In this document: positions 1 to 9,753 of the stretch, piece by piece
Layout of the letters: the number at the start of each line of letters is the position of its first letter
Numbering within the stretch: position 1 is the first letter of the stretch
Source of the DNA: an uncultured Mycoplasma sp.
Lineage (GTDB): Bacteria > Bacillota_I > Bacilli_A > RF39 > UBA660
Length of the DNA: 34,633 bases
Assembly (NCBI GenBank): GCA_964499645.1
Contig: CAZCLV010000002.1
Coordinates: 1 to 34,633 of the forward strand
Direction of reading: 5' to 3'
Position numbers and translations under genes: made by a program
The notes under the pieces: generated by a model
Told to the model about the DNA's origin: nothing
Databases searched by the model: none
What the model saw: only the letters and a program-made list of their open reading frames with translations

Positions 1-3
1 TCA

Positions 4-37
4 TAAAAAAACTTGATGAATTTAATTTTCATCAAGT
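4..37 (-). terminator. Rho-independent terminator of the ABC-F gene
   Basis: Perfect 10-bp inverted repeat ACTTGATGAA (11-20) / TTCATCAAGT (28-37) with a 7-nt loop. On the minus strand it is followed by a run of 6 T (plus-strand A 5-10). The stem overlaps the stop codon at 22-24. Confidence 0.7.
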
Positions 38-1620
38 CCTATTTTTTCAATATATTCTTCATAAGATATTTGTTTATCATTCTTTGTTCCATCTTTTTTA
101 ATTTCTATTAATCTATTTGAAACACTTTCTATTATTTGTCTATCATATGTAGATATAATTAATGCACTATTATATTTTATTAATCCTTCATTTAAAGATG
201 TAATAGATTCTATATCTAAATGATCTGTTGGTTCATCCATTAATAAAACATTACCCTTTTCTAACATTATTTTTGCAAACATACATCTTACTTTTTCTCC
301 ACCTGATAATACTTTTATTTTTTTAAATGTATCTTCTCCAGAAAATAGCATTCTTCCTAAAAAGCCTCTAACAAATGTATCATCTTTAATTGGAGAAAAA
401 TCTGTTAACCAATCTATTAAATCACAATCTTTTTTAAAATACTTGTCATGGTTTTTTTCATAATATGATAATTTAACAGTTGATCCATATTTTATAGTGC
501 CACTATCAGGAGTAAGCGTACCTGCTAAAATATTTAATAAGGCAGTTTTTGCTATTTCGTTAGTACCTATTAAACATATTTTATCATCTGGTTTTACTGT
601 AAGATTAATATTTTTTAAAATTACTTTTCCGTCTACACTGTAATTTATATTTTCTAAAGTAATTACTTCTTTTCCTAAACCTTTTTCATACTCAAAACTT
701 ATATATGGATATTTTCTACTTGAAGGTACTATTTCATCTAAATTTATTTTTTCTAATGACCTTTTTCTAGATGTTGCTTGTTTAGATTTAGATGCATTAG
801 CGCTAAATCTTCTAATAAAATCTTCTAATTCTTTTATTTTTTCTTCTTTCTTTTTATTTGATTGCTTCATTTGTTGTTGAAGTAATTGGCTTGTTTGATA
901 CCAAAAATCATAATTACCTATAAATAAAGTTATTTTTCCATAATCAATATCTACCATATGCGTACATACTTTATTTAAAAAATGTCTATCATGTGATACT
1001 ACTAAAACTGTATTTTTAAAATTAATTAAAAATTCTTCTAGCCACATTTTACTTTTAGCATCTAATCCATTAGTAGGTTCATCTAAAAGTAGAACATCTG
1101 GATCTCCAAATAAAGCTCGCGCTACTAACACTTTTACTTTATCACTATCTTTTAGTTCACTCATTTTTAAATCAAATATCTCATTTTTTAAACCAAGTCC
1201 TGAAAGTAATACTGCTGCATCACTTTCTGCTTGCCAACCATTCATATTTGCAAATTTTTCTTCAAGTTCACCCACTCTAATACCATCTTCATCAGAAAAA
1301 TCTTCTTTCATATATAAAGCATCTTTTTCTTTCATTATATTATATAGGACACTATTACCCATTATAACTGTATCTATAACAGTATAATCATTAAATTCAT
1401 TATGATTTTGTTTTAAAACTGACAATCTTTCACCTTTACCAAGAATTACATCTCCTTTAGTAGAGTCTAGTTCTCCACTTAATATCCTTAAAAATGTAGA
1501 TTTTCCTGCTCCGTTAGCACCAATTATTCCATAACAATTATCATCTTTAAATTCTAAGTTTACATCTTGAAATAATGATTTAGCATTAAAACTTATTCCT
1601 AAATTATTTACTTTTAACAT
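22..1620 (-). CDS. ABC-F family ATPase (YbiT/YkpA-like translation factor type), two ABC cassettes, no TM domain
   Basis: Two Walker A motifs (GANGAGKST; second one degenerate, GTNEIAKTA). Two signature/Walker B sets (LVARAL..LLLDEPTNGLD; LSGGEKVR..LLMDEPTDHLD). Lys/Arg-rich inter-domain linker. The N-terminus resembles E. coli YbiT as I recall it. GGTGAT-N3-ATG RBS. Confidence 0.85.
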   Translation of the reverse strand: MLKVNNLGISFNAKSLFQDVNLEFKDDNCYGIIGANGAGKSTFLRILSGELDSTKGDVILGKGERLSVLKQNHNEFNDYTVIDTVIMGNSVLYNIMKEKDALYMKEDFSDEDGIRVGELEEKFANMNGWQAESDAAVLLSGLGLKNEIFDLKMSELKDSDKVKVLVARALFGDPDVLLLDEPTNGLDAKSKMWLEEFLINFKNTVLVVSHDRHFLNKVCTHMVDIDYGKITLFIGNYDFWYQTSQLLQQQMKQSNKKKEEKIKELEDFIRRFSANASKSKQATSRKRSLEKINLDEIVPSSRKYPYISFEYEKGLGKEVITLENINYSVDGKVILKNINLTVKPDDKICLIGTNEIAKTALLNILAGTLTPDSGTIKYGSTVKLSYYEKNHDKYFKKDCDLIDWLTDFSPIKDDTFVRGFLGRMLFSGEDTFKKIKVLSGGEKVRCMFAKIMLEKGNVLLMDEPTDHLDIESITSLNEGLIKYNSALIISTYDRQIIESVSNRLIEIKKDGTKNDKQISYEEYIEKIGLDEN

Positions 1621-1667
1621 ATAATCACCAACTTGTAATATTTTAACATAGAAAAGTAAATAATTAA

Positions 1668-1699
1668 AGAAAAAGAATTAATTAAATTAATTCTTTTCT
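1668..1699 (-). terminator. Possible weak, AT-only terminator hairpin after the 113-aa membrane protein gene
   Basis: Inverted repeat AAAAGAATTAAT / ATTAATTCTTTT around a 3-nt loop, immediately 3' of the stop at 1701. T-rich tail on the minus strand. The stem has almost no G/C, so stability is doubtful. Confidence 0.35.
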
Positions 1700-1700
1700 A

Positions 1701-2042
1701 TTATTTGATAAAAAATGTATGTTTTGTTTGCCATTTTTTTAGTTTAATTCCAACCCAAAATCCATAAATACCTACTGTAATAATTGTTAATAGTAACCAT
1801 TTTATCCAGTTGCCAAGCAATTGACCACCCGTTCCATCGAAGTCTAATCTTTTTCCATTAATTACAGTGTGCTTTATTTCCCATCCATAAACCATACAAA
1901 CAGCCCAAGGATAACATATTCCTAATGTAATTGTAGTGATTAATCCTCCTAATAATTTCCATCCTATTAATTGTAATAGTCCTCCATCAAAATATGATTC
2001 TTGATTTAATGTTGAATCATTCGTTGGTGTTTTATTATTCAT
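1701..2042 (-). CDS. Small membrane protein, DUF898/YjgN-like single repeat
   Basis: Two hydrophobic hairpins with the motifs TLGICYPWA and TVGIYGFW separated by a soluble loop, as in the YjgN/DUF898 repeat. Good RBS (AAGGAAGGAAGG). Confidence 0.5.
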   Translation of the reverse strand: MNNKTPTNDSTLNQESYFDGGLLQLIGWKLLGGLITTITLGICYPWAVCMVYGWEIKHTVINGKRLDFDGTGGQLLGNWIKWLLLTIITVGIYGFWVGIKLKKWQTKHTFFIK

Positions 2043-2147
2043 AATTACCTTCCTTCCTTATTATAAGTGTATCATAAAAATTTAAAATGTAAATCAGAAT
2101 TTTTTATTGTTGTCGTTTTTTTGTTAAGGTAATAAAAAAAAAATCAC

Positions 2148-2699
2148 TTATGATTTTTTATTTTTTTTAGAAAATATTTCACTATGTCCTGCTACTCCAT
2201 ATTTATTAGTTATAGGATCTTTAAATATAATAGTTTTAATTGGAAATATTGTTCCTATAAAATATATACCAAATATTATTAATAAACCTATAACTGATAA
2301 ATATTTTATTAAATAACTAACCTCACTCATATTTATTATTAAATATGAAAAGTATTGTCCTAAAAGTATTGATATAAAAAATATAAATATATCAATAAAT
2401 AAAATAGACTTTTTTGTTATTGATTTATATCCATAAAACAATATTGGTATTAGTACTATTATTGATATTGCTCCTACAAATTTAGCAAAAAAATAGTTAG
2501 GATTACTTCCCAAAATATATCCATCTACTAATGACCATATAAGAAATGGAGTTAATGCCATCTTAATATGTTCCCAAGTACTTTCATTTACTGCTGCAAA
2601 TAAAGAGACTATTTTATTATGATTACTTATATCGTATACAAAATGAAATAAACTTCCACAAAGAAATATAAATATAAAACCTATTATAAATATTGACAT
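2148..2699 (-). CDS. Polytopic integral membrane protein (possibly DUF6512 family)
   Basis: About 5-6 hydrophobic segments. The NESTWEHIK motif after TM1 resembles DUF6512 proteins of Firmicutes (recalled, not verified). GGTGAT-N3-ATG RBS. Confidence 0.4.
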   Translation of the reverse strand: MSIFIIGFIFIFLCGSLFHFVYDISNHNKIVSLFAAVNESTWEHIKMALTPFLIWSLVDGYILGSNPNYFFAKFVGAISIIVLIPILFYGYKSITKKSILFIDIFIFFISILLGQYFSYLIINMSEVSYLIKYLSVIGLLIIFGIYFIGTIFPIKTIIFKDPITNKYGVAGHSEIFSKKNKKS

Positions 2700-2782
2700 A
2701 CAATCACCCTATATATAAATTTTACGTACTTTTTATTATAAATTTATTATATCATTAATATAAGTATTATTCTATCTTTATA

Positions 2783-3004
2783 TTATATTCTTACTAGAAT
2801 TACATCCTCTCCAATTGTTTCTATTTTATCCCAGCTTATTTCTTCTTCATTATTTTTATTGGAAATTTTAAATATGTTTTTTCCTCTTTCAATAACAAGT
2901 GCTATTAATTTCCCATCATTATCTAGTTTTACATCAATAATATTTCCTATTTTTCTGCCATTTAAATCCACTATATCTTTATGTTGTAACTCTGATAATC
3001 TCAT
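2783..3004 (-). CDS. ylmC: YlmC/YmxH family sporulation protein (PRC-barrel)
   Basis: 73 aa. The pattern L.DL..K.V.D..G..IG.I.D...D...G.I.ALV...... and the C-terminal W..I..IG.DVILV are typical of YlmC/YmxH. Lies directly downstream of sigG. Confidence 0.8.
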   Translation of the reverse strand: MRLSELQHKDIVDLNGRKIGNIIDVKLDNDGKLIALVIERGKNIFKISNKNNEEEISWDKIETIGEDVILVRI

Positions 3005-3039
3005 ATAATCACCTATTTAATTTTATGATTAAAAGTTTT

Positions 3040-3810
3040 TTATAACTGCTTTTTTATTCTTGTTAAAGCATTTTTTTCTAATCTTGATATTTGGGCTTGG
3101 CTAATTCCTATTTCTTCTGCTATTTCCATTTGTGTTTTTCCAATGAAAAATCTTTGATCTAAAATGTATTGTTCCCTTTCTGATAATCTATCAATAGCTT
3201 TTTCTAGTGATAAACTTGTATCTAAATCTGAATTATTCTTTTTATCTTCAACTTGATCAAATAAGTAAATTGTATCTCCACCATCATTATATATTGGTTC
3301 AAATAAACTTACTGGTGGTATTAATGAATCTAAAGCATTAATTACTTCAAACAAATCTACTTCTAATAGTTTTGATATTTCTTCTAGACTTGGTTCTACT
3401 CCATTTAAAGTTGTTAATTCTTCTTTAAGTTTTAATGTTTTATAAGCAATATCTTTTACACTTCTACTGACTCTAATACTATTATTATCTCTTAAATATC
3501 TTTTCACTTCTCCTAGAATCATAGGTACAGCATATGTGGAAAGTTTTACTTCAAGATTTATATCAAAATTATCAATGGCTTTTACTAAACCAATACATCC
3601 TACTTGAAATAAATCATCCATATTTTCTTCTCTTTTGTTAAATCTTTTTAGTATTGATAAAACTAATTTAAGATTTCCTTTTATTAAATCTTCTCTAGCA
3701 AATGGATCTCCATCTTTCATTTTTTTAAATAGTTCTATTGTTTCTTTACTTGTTAACACTTTAATATCACTTGTATTCATACCGCTTATTTCTACTTTGT
3801 GTTTTGCCAT
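3040..3810 (-). CDS. sigG: Sporulation sigma factor SigG (forespore, sigma-70 group 3)
   Basis: The N-terminus KVEISGMNTSDIKVL and the stretch GNLKLVLSILKRFNKREENMDDLFQVGCIGLVKAIDNFD..STYAVPMILGEVKRYLRDNNSIRVSRS closely parallel B. subtilis SigG as I recall it. Region 4 HTH is ISQAQISRLEK. SigF cannot be fully excluded. Confidence 0.8.
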   Translation of the reverse strand: MAKHKVEISGMNTSDIKVLTSKETIELFKKMKDGDPFAREDLIKGNLKLVLSILKRFNKREENMDDLFQVGCIGLVKAIDNFDINLEVKLSTYAVPMILGEVKRYLRDNNSIRVSRSVKDIAYKTLKLKEELTTLNGVEPSLEEISKLLEVDLFEVINALDSLIPPVSLFEPIYNDGGDTIYLFDQVEDKKNNSDLDTSLSLEKAIDRLSEREQYILDQRFFIGKTQMEIAEEIGISQAQISRLEKNALTRIKKQL

Positions 3811-3915
3811 ATTTCTCCTTTCATAATAATAGTGAACTTATAAAAGAAAAATTATTCAAAAAATATTATTTATCGATAATCTTTTTTATATGTTAAAATA
3901 TTATTGGTGATTTAT

Positions 3916-4800
3916 ATGGATTTAACTAAATGTAAACTTTGTCCACGCAATTGTGGGGTTGATAGAACAAAAACTATTGGATTTTGTGGTGCTAATAATA
4001 AAATGAAAATTGCAAGAGCAGATCTTCATTTTTGGGAAGAGCCTTGCATTTCAGGTGAATCTGGTAGTGGTACTATATTTTTTTCTTATTGTAATTTAAA
4101 ATGCATATTCTGCCAAAATTATAAAATATCAAGTGAACATATTGGTAAAGAAATAAGCATTGAAAAATTTAGTGAAATTTGTTTAGATCTTCAAAATAAA
4201 GGTGCTTTGAATATTAATTTGGTTACCCCTACCCATTATATTCCTTTGATTGTAGATGGTTTAAAACTTGCTAAAAAAAGTGGCCTTACTATTCCAATTG
4301 TTTACAATACAAGTTCTTATGAAAATGTTGAATCTTTAAAATTATTAGATGGGTTGATTGATATTTACTTACCTGATTTTAAATATTTTGATGATTTATA
4401 TGCTATTAAATATTCTAATGCAAATGATTATAAAAAATATGCAAGTTTAGCAATTACTGAAATGTATAGGCAAGTTGGTAAACCTATTTTTGAAAATGAT
4501 ATTATGAAAAAAGGTATTATTGTAAGACATTTATTGCTTCCTGGTCTTATTGATGATTCAAAAAAAATTATTAAATATCTATATGATACTTACAAAGATG
4601 ATATTTATATAAGTATTATGAATCAATATACTCCAATAAAAAAATTACAATATGAAGAACTAAATCATAGGATTAAAAATAGTATTTATGATGAAATAAT
4701 AGATTATGCCTATGATTTAGGAATTAGAAATGCTTTTGTTCAAGAAGGCGAAACACAAAAAAAGAGTTTTATTCCTGATTTTATTAATCAAGAATTTTAA
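3916..4800 (+). CDS. Radical SAM protein, PflX-like (homologue of pyruvate formate-lyase activating enzymes)
   Basis: CNLKCIFCQNY is a CxxxCxxC radical SAM cluster motif. An N-terminal Cys cluster (CKLCPRNCGVDR) is also present. Start moved from the track's TTG at 3904 to ATG 3916, which has a GGTGAT-N4 RBS. Confidence 0.75.
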   Translation: MDLTKCKLCPRNCGVDRTKTIGFCGANNKMKIARADLHFWEEPCISGESGSGTIFFSYCNLKCIFCQNYKISSEHIGKEISIEKFSEICLDLQNKGALNINLVTPTHYIPLIVDGLKLAKKSGLTIPIVYNTSSYENVESLKLLDGLIDIYLPDFKYFDDLYAIKYSNANDYKKYASLAITEMYRQVGKPIFENDIMKKGIIVRHLLLPGLIDDSKKIIKYLYDTYKDDIYISIMNQYTPIKKLQYEELNHRIKNSIYDEIIDYAYDLGIRNAFVQEGETQKKSFIPDFINQEF

Positions 4801-4873
4801 CTCTTTTTTTTGAAAGCTAAGGAGCTTCCATCTATATGAACGCTTATCACTAGCGATTAGCGTCTGATATATA

Positions 4874-6961
4874 TTATGGATAGTTATATTTAAATGTTCC
4901 TTTTTTTAAATAAAATGTTATACTTCCATATTTACTTGTTTCATAATAATTTAAATTTAATTTGTTTAGATTTAGAATTGTTTCTTTGCTTGGATGATTA
5001 AATCTATTATTTAATCCTACTGAGATAATGGAATATTTTGGGTTAAGTCTTTTTAAAAAATTCACATCACTACTTGTCTTTGATCCGTGATGTGCTAATT
5101 TTAGAATATGTATATTTTCTAAATTATATTCATTAATTATTTCTTTTTCAATTGTTTTTGAAATATCTCCAGTTAATAATATTTTATAACTATTAATATT
5201 AGTATATAAAACAACACTAGAATCATTTTCATTTTTTTGTTTTTTGTTTAAAGAATATAACTTTATTCCATTTAAGTTAATAATATCATTCTTTTTTAAA
5301 ATCTTTATAGTTACTTTTTTTATGCTTGAAAGGTTTATTATTTGTTGTTCTAAGTTATTAGTATTATTACTATTTAAATAAACATTTTTTACTTTAAAAT
5401 TATCTATTATATAATAACTTTCCAACATATGATCATTATCCCCATGAGTTAAAATAAGGTTATCTATTCTTTTTATTCCTCTTGATTTTAAATATGGTAT
5501 AATTTTATTTTTTGACAATTTATATGTATATTTACTGTCATTTAACATGACAATTCCACCTGTATCTATTAAACTATATGTGTCATTTACTGACAATAAC
5601 ATACAATCGCCTTGACCAACATCAATAAATGTCAAATAATCTTCTTTATTGCAAACCCATATATTATTTATAATTAAAAGTAATAGTAATGGTAAATAAT
5701 ATATAATTTTACACTTTTTAAAATTAATTATTATAACTATAATTAACAACCAATATAAGACATTTATTGACAAAGAAGGTTTACAATATATAAACTTAAA
5801 TATATTTATTTTTGATAAAAAAAGAGATAAATATTCTAGTAATGATATAAATAAATATAATAAATTATCACAAAATGGTAATAAATATCCTATCATGATA
5901 AGCGGCAATACTATTATAGAAACAAATGGTACAAATAAAATATTATAAATAATTGAAAGATAGTTTAATTGATAAAAATTATTTATTGTTATGGGAATAG
6001 ATATTATAAAAGATATTAATGAAATTGTTAATAACTTTTTTATTTGTTTTTCTTTTTCTAAATATGGTCCTATTATAATTAAACCTAAACTAATTAAAAA
6101 AGAATATTGCAAGCCTATATCATATATATTTAATGGATTAATAAATAGTATTATTGCTAATGTTAAAAAAAGCAAATTACTAGATTTAATATTAAAATAA
6201 TATATTTTATTTATAAATAGTAAAATAGTAAATATACTTGCTCTCATAACTGACATTGAAAAGTTTGTTAAAAACATATAAAAAATTAAAAATATTATTA
6301 TTATAAAATATCTCTTATTTTCTAAAACCTTTAATTTTTTTAATACAAAATCAAGAATAAATATAAATATTGCTAAATGTGTACCTGATATTGCAAATAA
6401 ATGACTTATACCATTCTCTCTAAAAGAGTCTAATACATCATTTTCTATATAACTATTATTACCAAATAATAATGTAGATATATATGGATAACTTTTTTTT
6501 AATTTAAAAGATCTATTTAATAAATAATTTTTTATTGAGTAAAAGATATTTTTATTCTTTTTAACTAATAATATTTGTTTTATTTCTATATTTTTATATA
6601 TTTGCTTATTATATAAATATTCTTTATTATTAAATGTATTATCTAGGGTATTGTTTGTAATAACTAACTTTTCGTAATTTATACTTACTTTATCTCCAAG
6701 GGAGTAATTATTAATAAAATTAGCAATTTCTTTACTATCAATATAATAATAAGCAAGAATTCTTTCTCTGTTAAATAATTCTAATTTTATTCCATAATCT
6801 TTTTTAACAATATTGGTTATTATACAATTATCTATTTTTTTATCTTCATAATAACTTTTATGTATAACAAAATTATTAACAATTAAAAAATATATTAATG
6901 CTATTCCTAATATAATATAGTATAAAAAATCATATAGTAATATAGTTCTTAATTTGATCAT
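4874..6961 (-). CDS. comEC: DNA internalisation competence protein ComEC/Rec2 with C-terminal metallo-beta-lactamase domain
   Basis: Polytopic competence domain (GISHLFAISGTHL). C-terminal MBL motifs: IDVGQGD, LTHGDNDH, KLAHHGS. The track start at 6973 is GTG. ATG 6961 is preceded by AGGTGAT. The gene overlaps the comEA 3' end. Confidence 0.85.
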   Translation of the reverse strand: MIKLRTILLYDFLYYIILGIALIYFLIVNNFVIHKSYYEDKKIDNCIITNIVKKDYGIKLELFNRERILAYYYIDSKEIANFINNYSLGDKVSINYEKLVITNNTLDNTFNNKEYLYNKQIYKNIEIKQILLVKKNKNIFYSIKNYLLNRSFKLKKSYPYISTLLFGNNSYIENDVLDSFRENGISHLFAISGTHLAIFIFILDFVLKKLKVLENKRYFIIIIFLIFYMFLTNFSMSVMRASIFTILLFINKIYYFNIKSSNLLFLTLAIILFINPLNIYDIGLQYSFLISLGLIIIGPYLEKEKQIKKLLTISLISFIISIPITINNFYQLNYLSIIYNILFVPFVSIIVLPLIMIGYLLPFCDNLLYLFISLLEYLSLFLSKINIFKFIYCKPSLSINVLYWLLIIVIIINFKKCKIIYYLPLLLLLIINNIWVCNKEDYLTFIDVGQGDCMLLSVNDTYSLIDTGGIVMLNDSKYTYKLSKNKIIPYLKSRGIKRIDNLILTHGDNDHMLESYYIIDNFKVKNVYLNSNNTNNLEQQIINLSSIKKVTIKILKKNDIINLNGIKLYSLNKKQKNENDSSVVLYTNINSYKILLTGDISKTIEKEIINEYNLENIHILKLAHHGSKTSSDVNFLKRLNPKYSIISVGLNNRFNHPSKETILNLNKLNLNYYETSKYGSITFYLKKGTFKYNYP

Positions 6962-7613
6962 AAAGTAAATCACCTATTCCTGTGACTTTTTTTATATCTT
7001 CAATTGTTGTAAATAAACCATTATTTTTTCTATATTCAATGATTGCAAGTGCCTTTGATGAGCCAATGCCAGGTAAGCTAATTAATTCTTCTTCAGAAGC
7101 AATATTTATTGAAACTAAATTACTATTTTTTTCTGTTTCTTTTTTATATGTTTCATTACAAATGCACCCATTATTACTAGATACACTTTTGTCATTACAA
7201 GCTTTTATTACTTCTTGTTCTTTATCCTTTACTGCAACAAAATTTTTAACTTCTTCTTTGCTATAAATATTAATTACCATTTCATCGGCTATATATTTGC
7301 TTAAATTATTAACACTTGTATCAGCATTTTTTGTTAGACCCTTGGCTAATTTAATTACATCTATTATTCTATTATCTGATGTAACCTCATATGTTCCAGG
7401 AGAATTAACCTCTCCTTTAATATCAACTATAAATTTTTCAATTACTTGGTCTTCTTTTTCCATAATAATAGATTCTGTTTTATTTGTATTTTTTAATTTA
7501 TTAAAAAAATAAAAAAAGATAAAAGTTTCACTAATAATTATTATTAAAAGTAGTATTCCAATGGAATAAAAAAATAATTGATTTTTTTTAATTTTTTCTA
7601 GTATTTTTTTCAT
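6930..7613 (-). CDS. comEA: ComEA family DNA-binding competence protein (TM anchor + SLBB + helix-hairpin-helix)
   Basis: N-terminal TM segment. SLBB-like VDIKGEVNSPGTYEV...RIIDVI. C-terminal tandem HhH LISLPGIGSSKALAIIEYR...IEDIKKVTGIG. Confidence 0.85.
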   Translation of the reverse strand: MKKILEKIKKNQLFFYSIGILLLIIIISETFIFFYFFNKLKNTNKTESIIMEKEDQVIEKFIVDIKGEVNSPGTYEVTSDNRIIDVIKLAKGLTKNADTSVNNLSKYIADEMVINIYSKEEVKNFVAVKDKEQEVIKACNDKSVSSNNGCICNETYKKETEKNSNLVSINIASEEELISLPGIGSSKALAIIEYRKNNGLFTTIEDIKKVTGIGDLLYDQIKNYITI

Positions 7614-7660
7614 AAAAAAACAACCTCCTATAAGATTGTTATTCTTTTTTTTACTTACAC

Positions 7661-8791
7661 CTAACTTTTTGTAATATTTGTTTCATAATTTACTCTTTGT
7701 ACTACCGTTAATATAGCCAATGTTGAACAAGCAAAACTACCTCCATAACTTACAAATGATAATGGTATTCCTGTTATTGGCATTAATCCTGTTACACCAC
7801 CAAGATTTATAACAATATGTAGAAAGATATATACCGCTGCTCCATAGCATATTAATGCTTGATCATTTCTTCTTGCTCTTTTTCCTATTAGAACTATTCG
7901 AGTTATAACAAATATATAAAATAAGATTAATACTATTCCGCCAATTAGCCCTAACTCTTCTACTACAATTGCATAAATAAAATCCGTATGCGCTTCTGGT
8001 AAATATAAATATTTTTGTGTACTATTTCCTAACCCTTTACCAAAAACACCACCATTATTTATAGCAATATAACTATTACAAACTTGATTTCCTTCATTTA
8101 TAAACCTACTGCAAGGATCTAAAAAATTAATTCTTGCTAACTTATCTGACGAAATCATTGAAACTTTGCCACTTACTATTAATAAACCAATTGTTGCCAC
8201 TAAAATTGCTCCTGTTATTACAACATAATTTTTCATTTTTTTTGAAACAGGTGCCAAAATAAAAATAAATAATGATATTGCTAAATATATTGCTGCAGTT
8301 CCATAATCATTTTGCATCATAATTATAGCAGTTATTATTCCTACAATAAATAAAGGTAAAAAAACTTTAAACTTATCATCTAAATCTTCTTTCTTTAAAT
8401 TTCCATAATAAGCTCCTAACCATACTATTGATACTACTTTAGCAAATTCACTTGGTTGGATTCCTAAAGTTCCTACTCCTATCCATCCACTTGTAGCATT
8501 TATTGCTGTTGAATAAATAAGTGTAACTAATAATGACCCTATTATTAGTAGTAATGCTAGCCAAGAAAGCTTCCTATAGTTAATAATAGGAATTTTTATT
8601 ATAAAAATAATGCATAATATAAAAGTTATTGCTAAAAAAATAGCCTGTCTCCTAAAATATATTCCCGGATCATTTCCAAACATAAATGCTTTTACGTTAG
8701 ACGCTGAAAAAATCATTATTAACCCAAAAGCAAATAAGATTATTGTTGAAAAAAATAATTTTTTATCAATGTTTTTAAATATATTTTTCAT
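7661..8791 (-). CDS. SEDS family peptidoglycan glycosyltransferase (FtsW/RodA/SpoVE)
   Basis: About 10 TM segments. Conserved SEDS stretches QPSEFAK, LPEAHTDFI, GL.P.TG.PLSF.SYGGS. Which paralogue this is cannot be decided from sequence alone. Confidence 0.85.
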   Translation of the reverse strand: MKNIFKNIDKKLFFSTIILFAFGLIMIFSASNVKAFMFGNDPGIYFRRQAIFLAITFILCIIFIIKIPIINYRKLSWLALLLIIGSLLVTLIYSTAINATSGWIGVGTLGIQPSEFAKVVSIVWLGAYYGNLKKEDLDDKFKVFLPLFIVGIITAIIMMQNDYGTAAIYLAISLFIFILAPVSKKMKNYVVITGAILVATIGLLIVSGKVSMISSDKLARINFLDPCSRFINEGNQVCNSYIAINNGGVFGKGLGNSTQKYLYLPEAHTDFIYAIVVEELGLIGGIVLILFYIFVITRIVLIGKRARRNDQALICYGAAVYIFLHIVINLGGVTGLMPITGIPLSFVSYGGSFACSTLAILTVVQRVNYETNITKS

Positions 8792-8920
8792 ATCATCCTC
8801 AATTATATAATAACATAAATTTTCTCATTATAAAACTTTATTTAAAAAAATGGTTTTTTATAATGTCAAAAAACTTACTATTATAATAAACTATACTAGA
8901 TAAATAAAAGGAGGATGTCT

Positions 8921-9094
8921 ATGTATTATGGTAATTCATATGGAGGATATGGTAACCCAGGAGGTTGCTGTGGTGCTCCAGTATACCCTAGTAGTTGTGG
9001 CTGCGGCGGAGGATATGGCAGTAATTATGCAATAATTTTAGTATTATTTATTTTATTAATAATTATTCTTGGTTGCAGAAATTGGAATAATTAA
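8921..9094 (+). CDS. YjcZ-family tiny Gly/Cys/Tyr-rich sporulation membrane protein (57 aa, not in the ORF track)
   Basis: My translation: [57 protein letters not shown]. Strong RBS AAAGGAGGA 6 nt upstream, and a terminator directly downstream. The tail [16 protein letters not shown] matches the [15 protein letters not shown]-type motif of the tiny_TM/YjcZ family (recalled). Confidence 0.6.
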   Translation: MYYGNSYGGYGNPGGCCGAPVYPSSCGCGGGYGSNYAIILVLFILLIIILGCRNWNN

Positions 9095-9107
9095 TATTTT
9101 TATAAAT

Positions 9108-9135
9108 GGAAATAGTTTGCTATTTCCTTTTTTTT
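9108..9135 (+). terminator. Rho-independent terminator of the YjcZ-like ORF
   Basis: GGAAATAG (9108-9115) / CTATTTCC (9120-9127), loop TTTG, followed by 8 T. Confidence 0.75.
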
Positions 9136-9177
9136 ATTTTTATGGTAAAATATAACTGATTTTGGTGGTGATAATAT

Positions 9178-9729
9178 ATGTTATTAAATAAAGATATTTT
9201 AGATGAAAAAAATAGTATTCTTAGAAAAGTAAGTAAAGAAGTTAAATTTCCATTGACAGAAGAAGATAAAAAAAATATAGATCTTATGATTGAATACTTA
9301 ACAAATAGTCAAATTGAAGAACTTGCAAAAAAATATGATTTAAGGCCAGGAATGGGTTTATCTGCTGTTCAACTTGGTGTATTAAAAAGATATATTGTTG
9401 TAGTTCATGAACAAGAAATAAAAGAAACCTTTAGAACTTATGTTATTATTAATCCTAGAATTACTAGTAATTCAGAAGAAATAATATATGTTGATGAAGG
9501 TGAAGGTTGTTTAAGTGTTAATCGTGAAGTAGATGGTATAGTAACAAGATATGCCAGAATTACTGTTGAAGGATTTGATTTTGATGGTAATCCAATTAAA
9601 GTAAGAGCAAGAGAAGAATTAGCAATAGCTTTTCAGCATGAAATAGATCATTTAAATGGAATCTTATTTATTGATAAAATTAATAAAAATGATCCATTTA
9701 AGGATGCCGATAAATACAGATCAATTTAA
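9178..9729 (+). CDS. def: Peptide deformylase
   Basis: All three catalytic motifs are present: GLSAVQLG, EGCLSV, HEIDHLNG. RBS GGTGGTGA. Confidence 0.95.
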   Translation: MLLNKDILDEKNSILRKVSKEVKFPLTEEDKKNIDLMIEYLTNSQIEELAKKYDLRPGMGLSAVQLGVLKRYIVVVHEQEIKETFRTYVIINPRITSNSEEIIYVDEGEGCLSVNREVDGIVTRYARITVEGFDFDGNPIKVRAREELAIAFQHEIDHLNGILFIDKINKNDPFKDADKYRSI

Positions 9730-9730
9730 A

Positions 9731-9752
9731 AAGGAAGAAAATCTTCTTCCTT
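9731..9752. terminator. Bidirectional hairpin between convergent def and the 304-aa ORF
   Basis: AAGGAAGA (9731-9738) / TCTTCCTT (9745-9752), flanked by an A-run upstream and a T-run downstream. Confidence 0.6.
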
Positions 9753-9753
9753 T

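Noticed and set aside
22-1620. ABC-F protein as an antibiotic-resistance (ARE) determinant
   Set aside because: Length, linker and N-terminal sequence look like the housekeeping YbiT/YkpA type. ARE and housekeeping ABC-F proteins cannot be separated without phylogeny, so no resistance claim is made.
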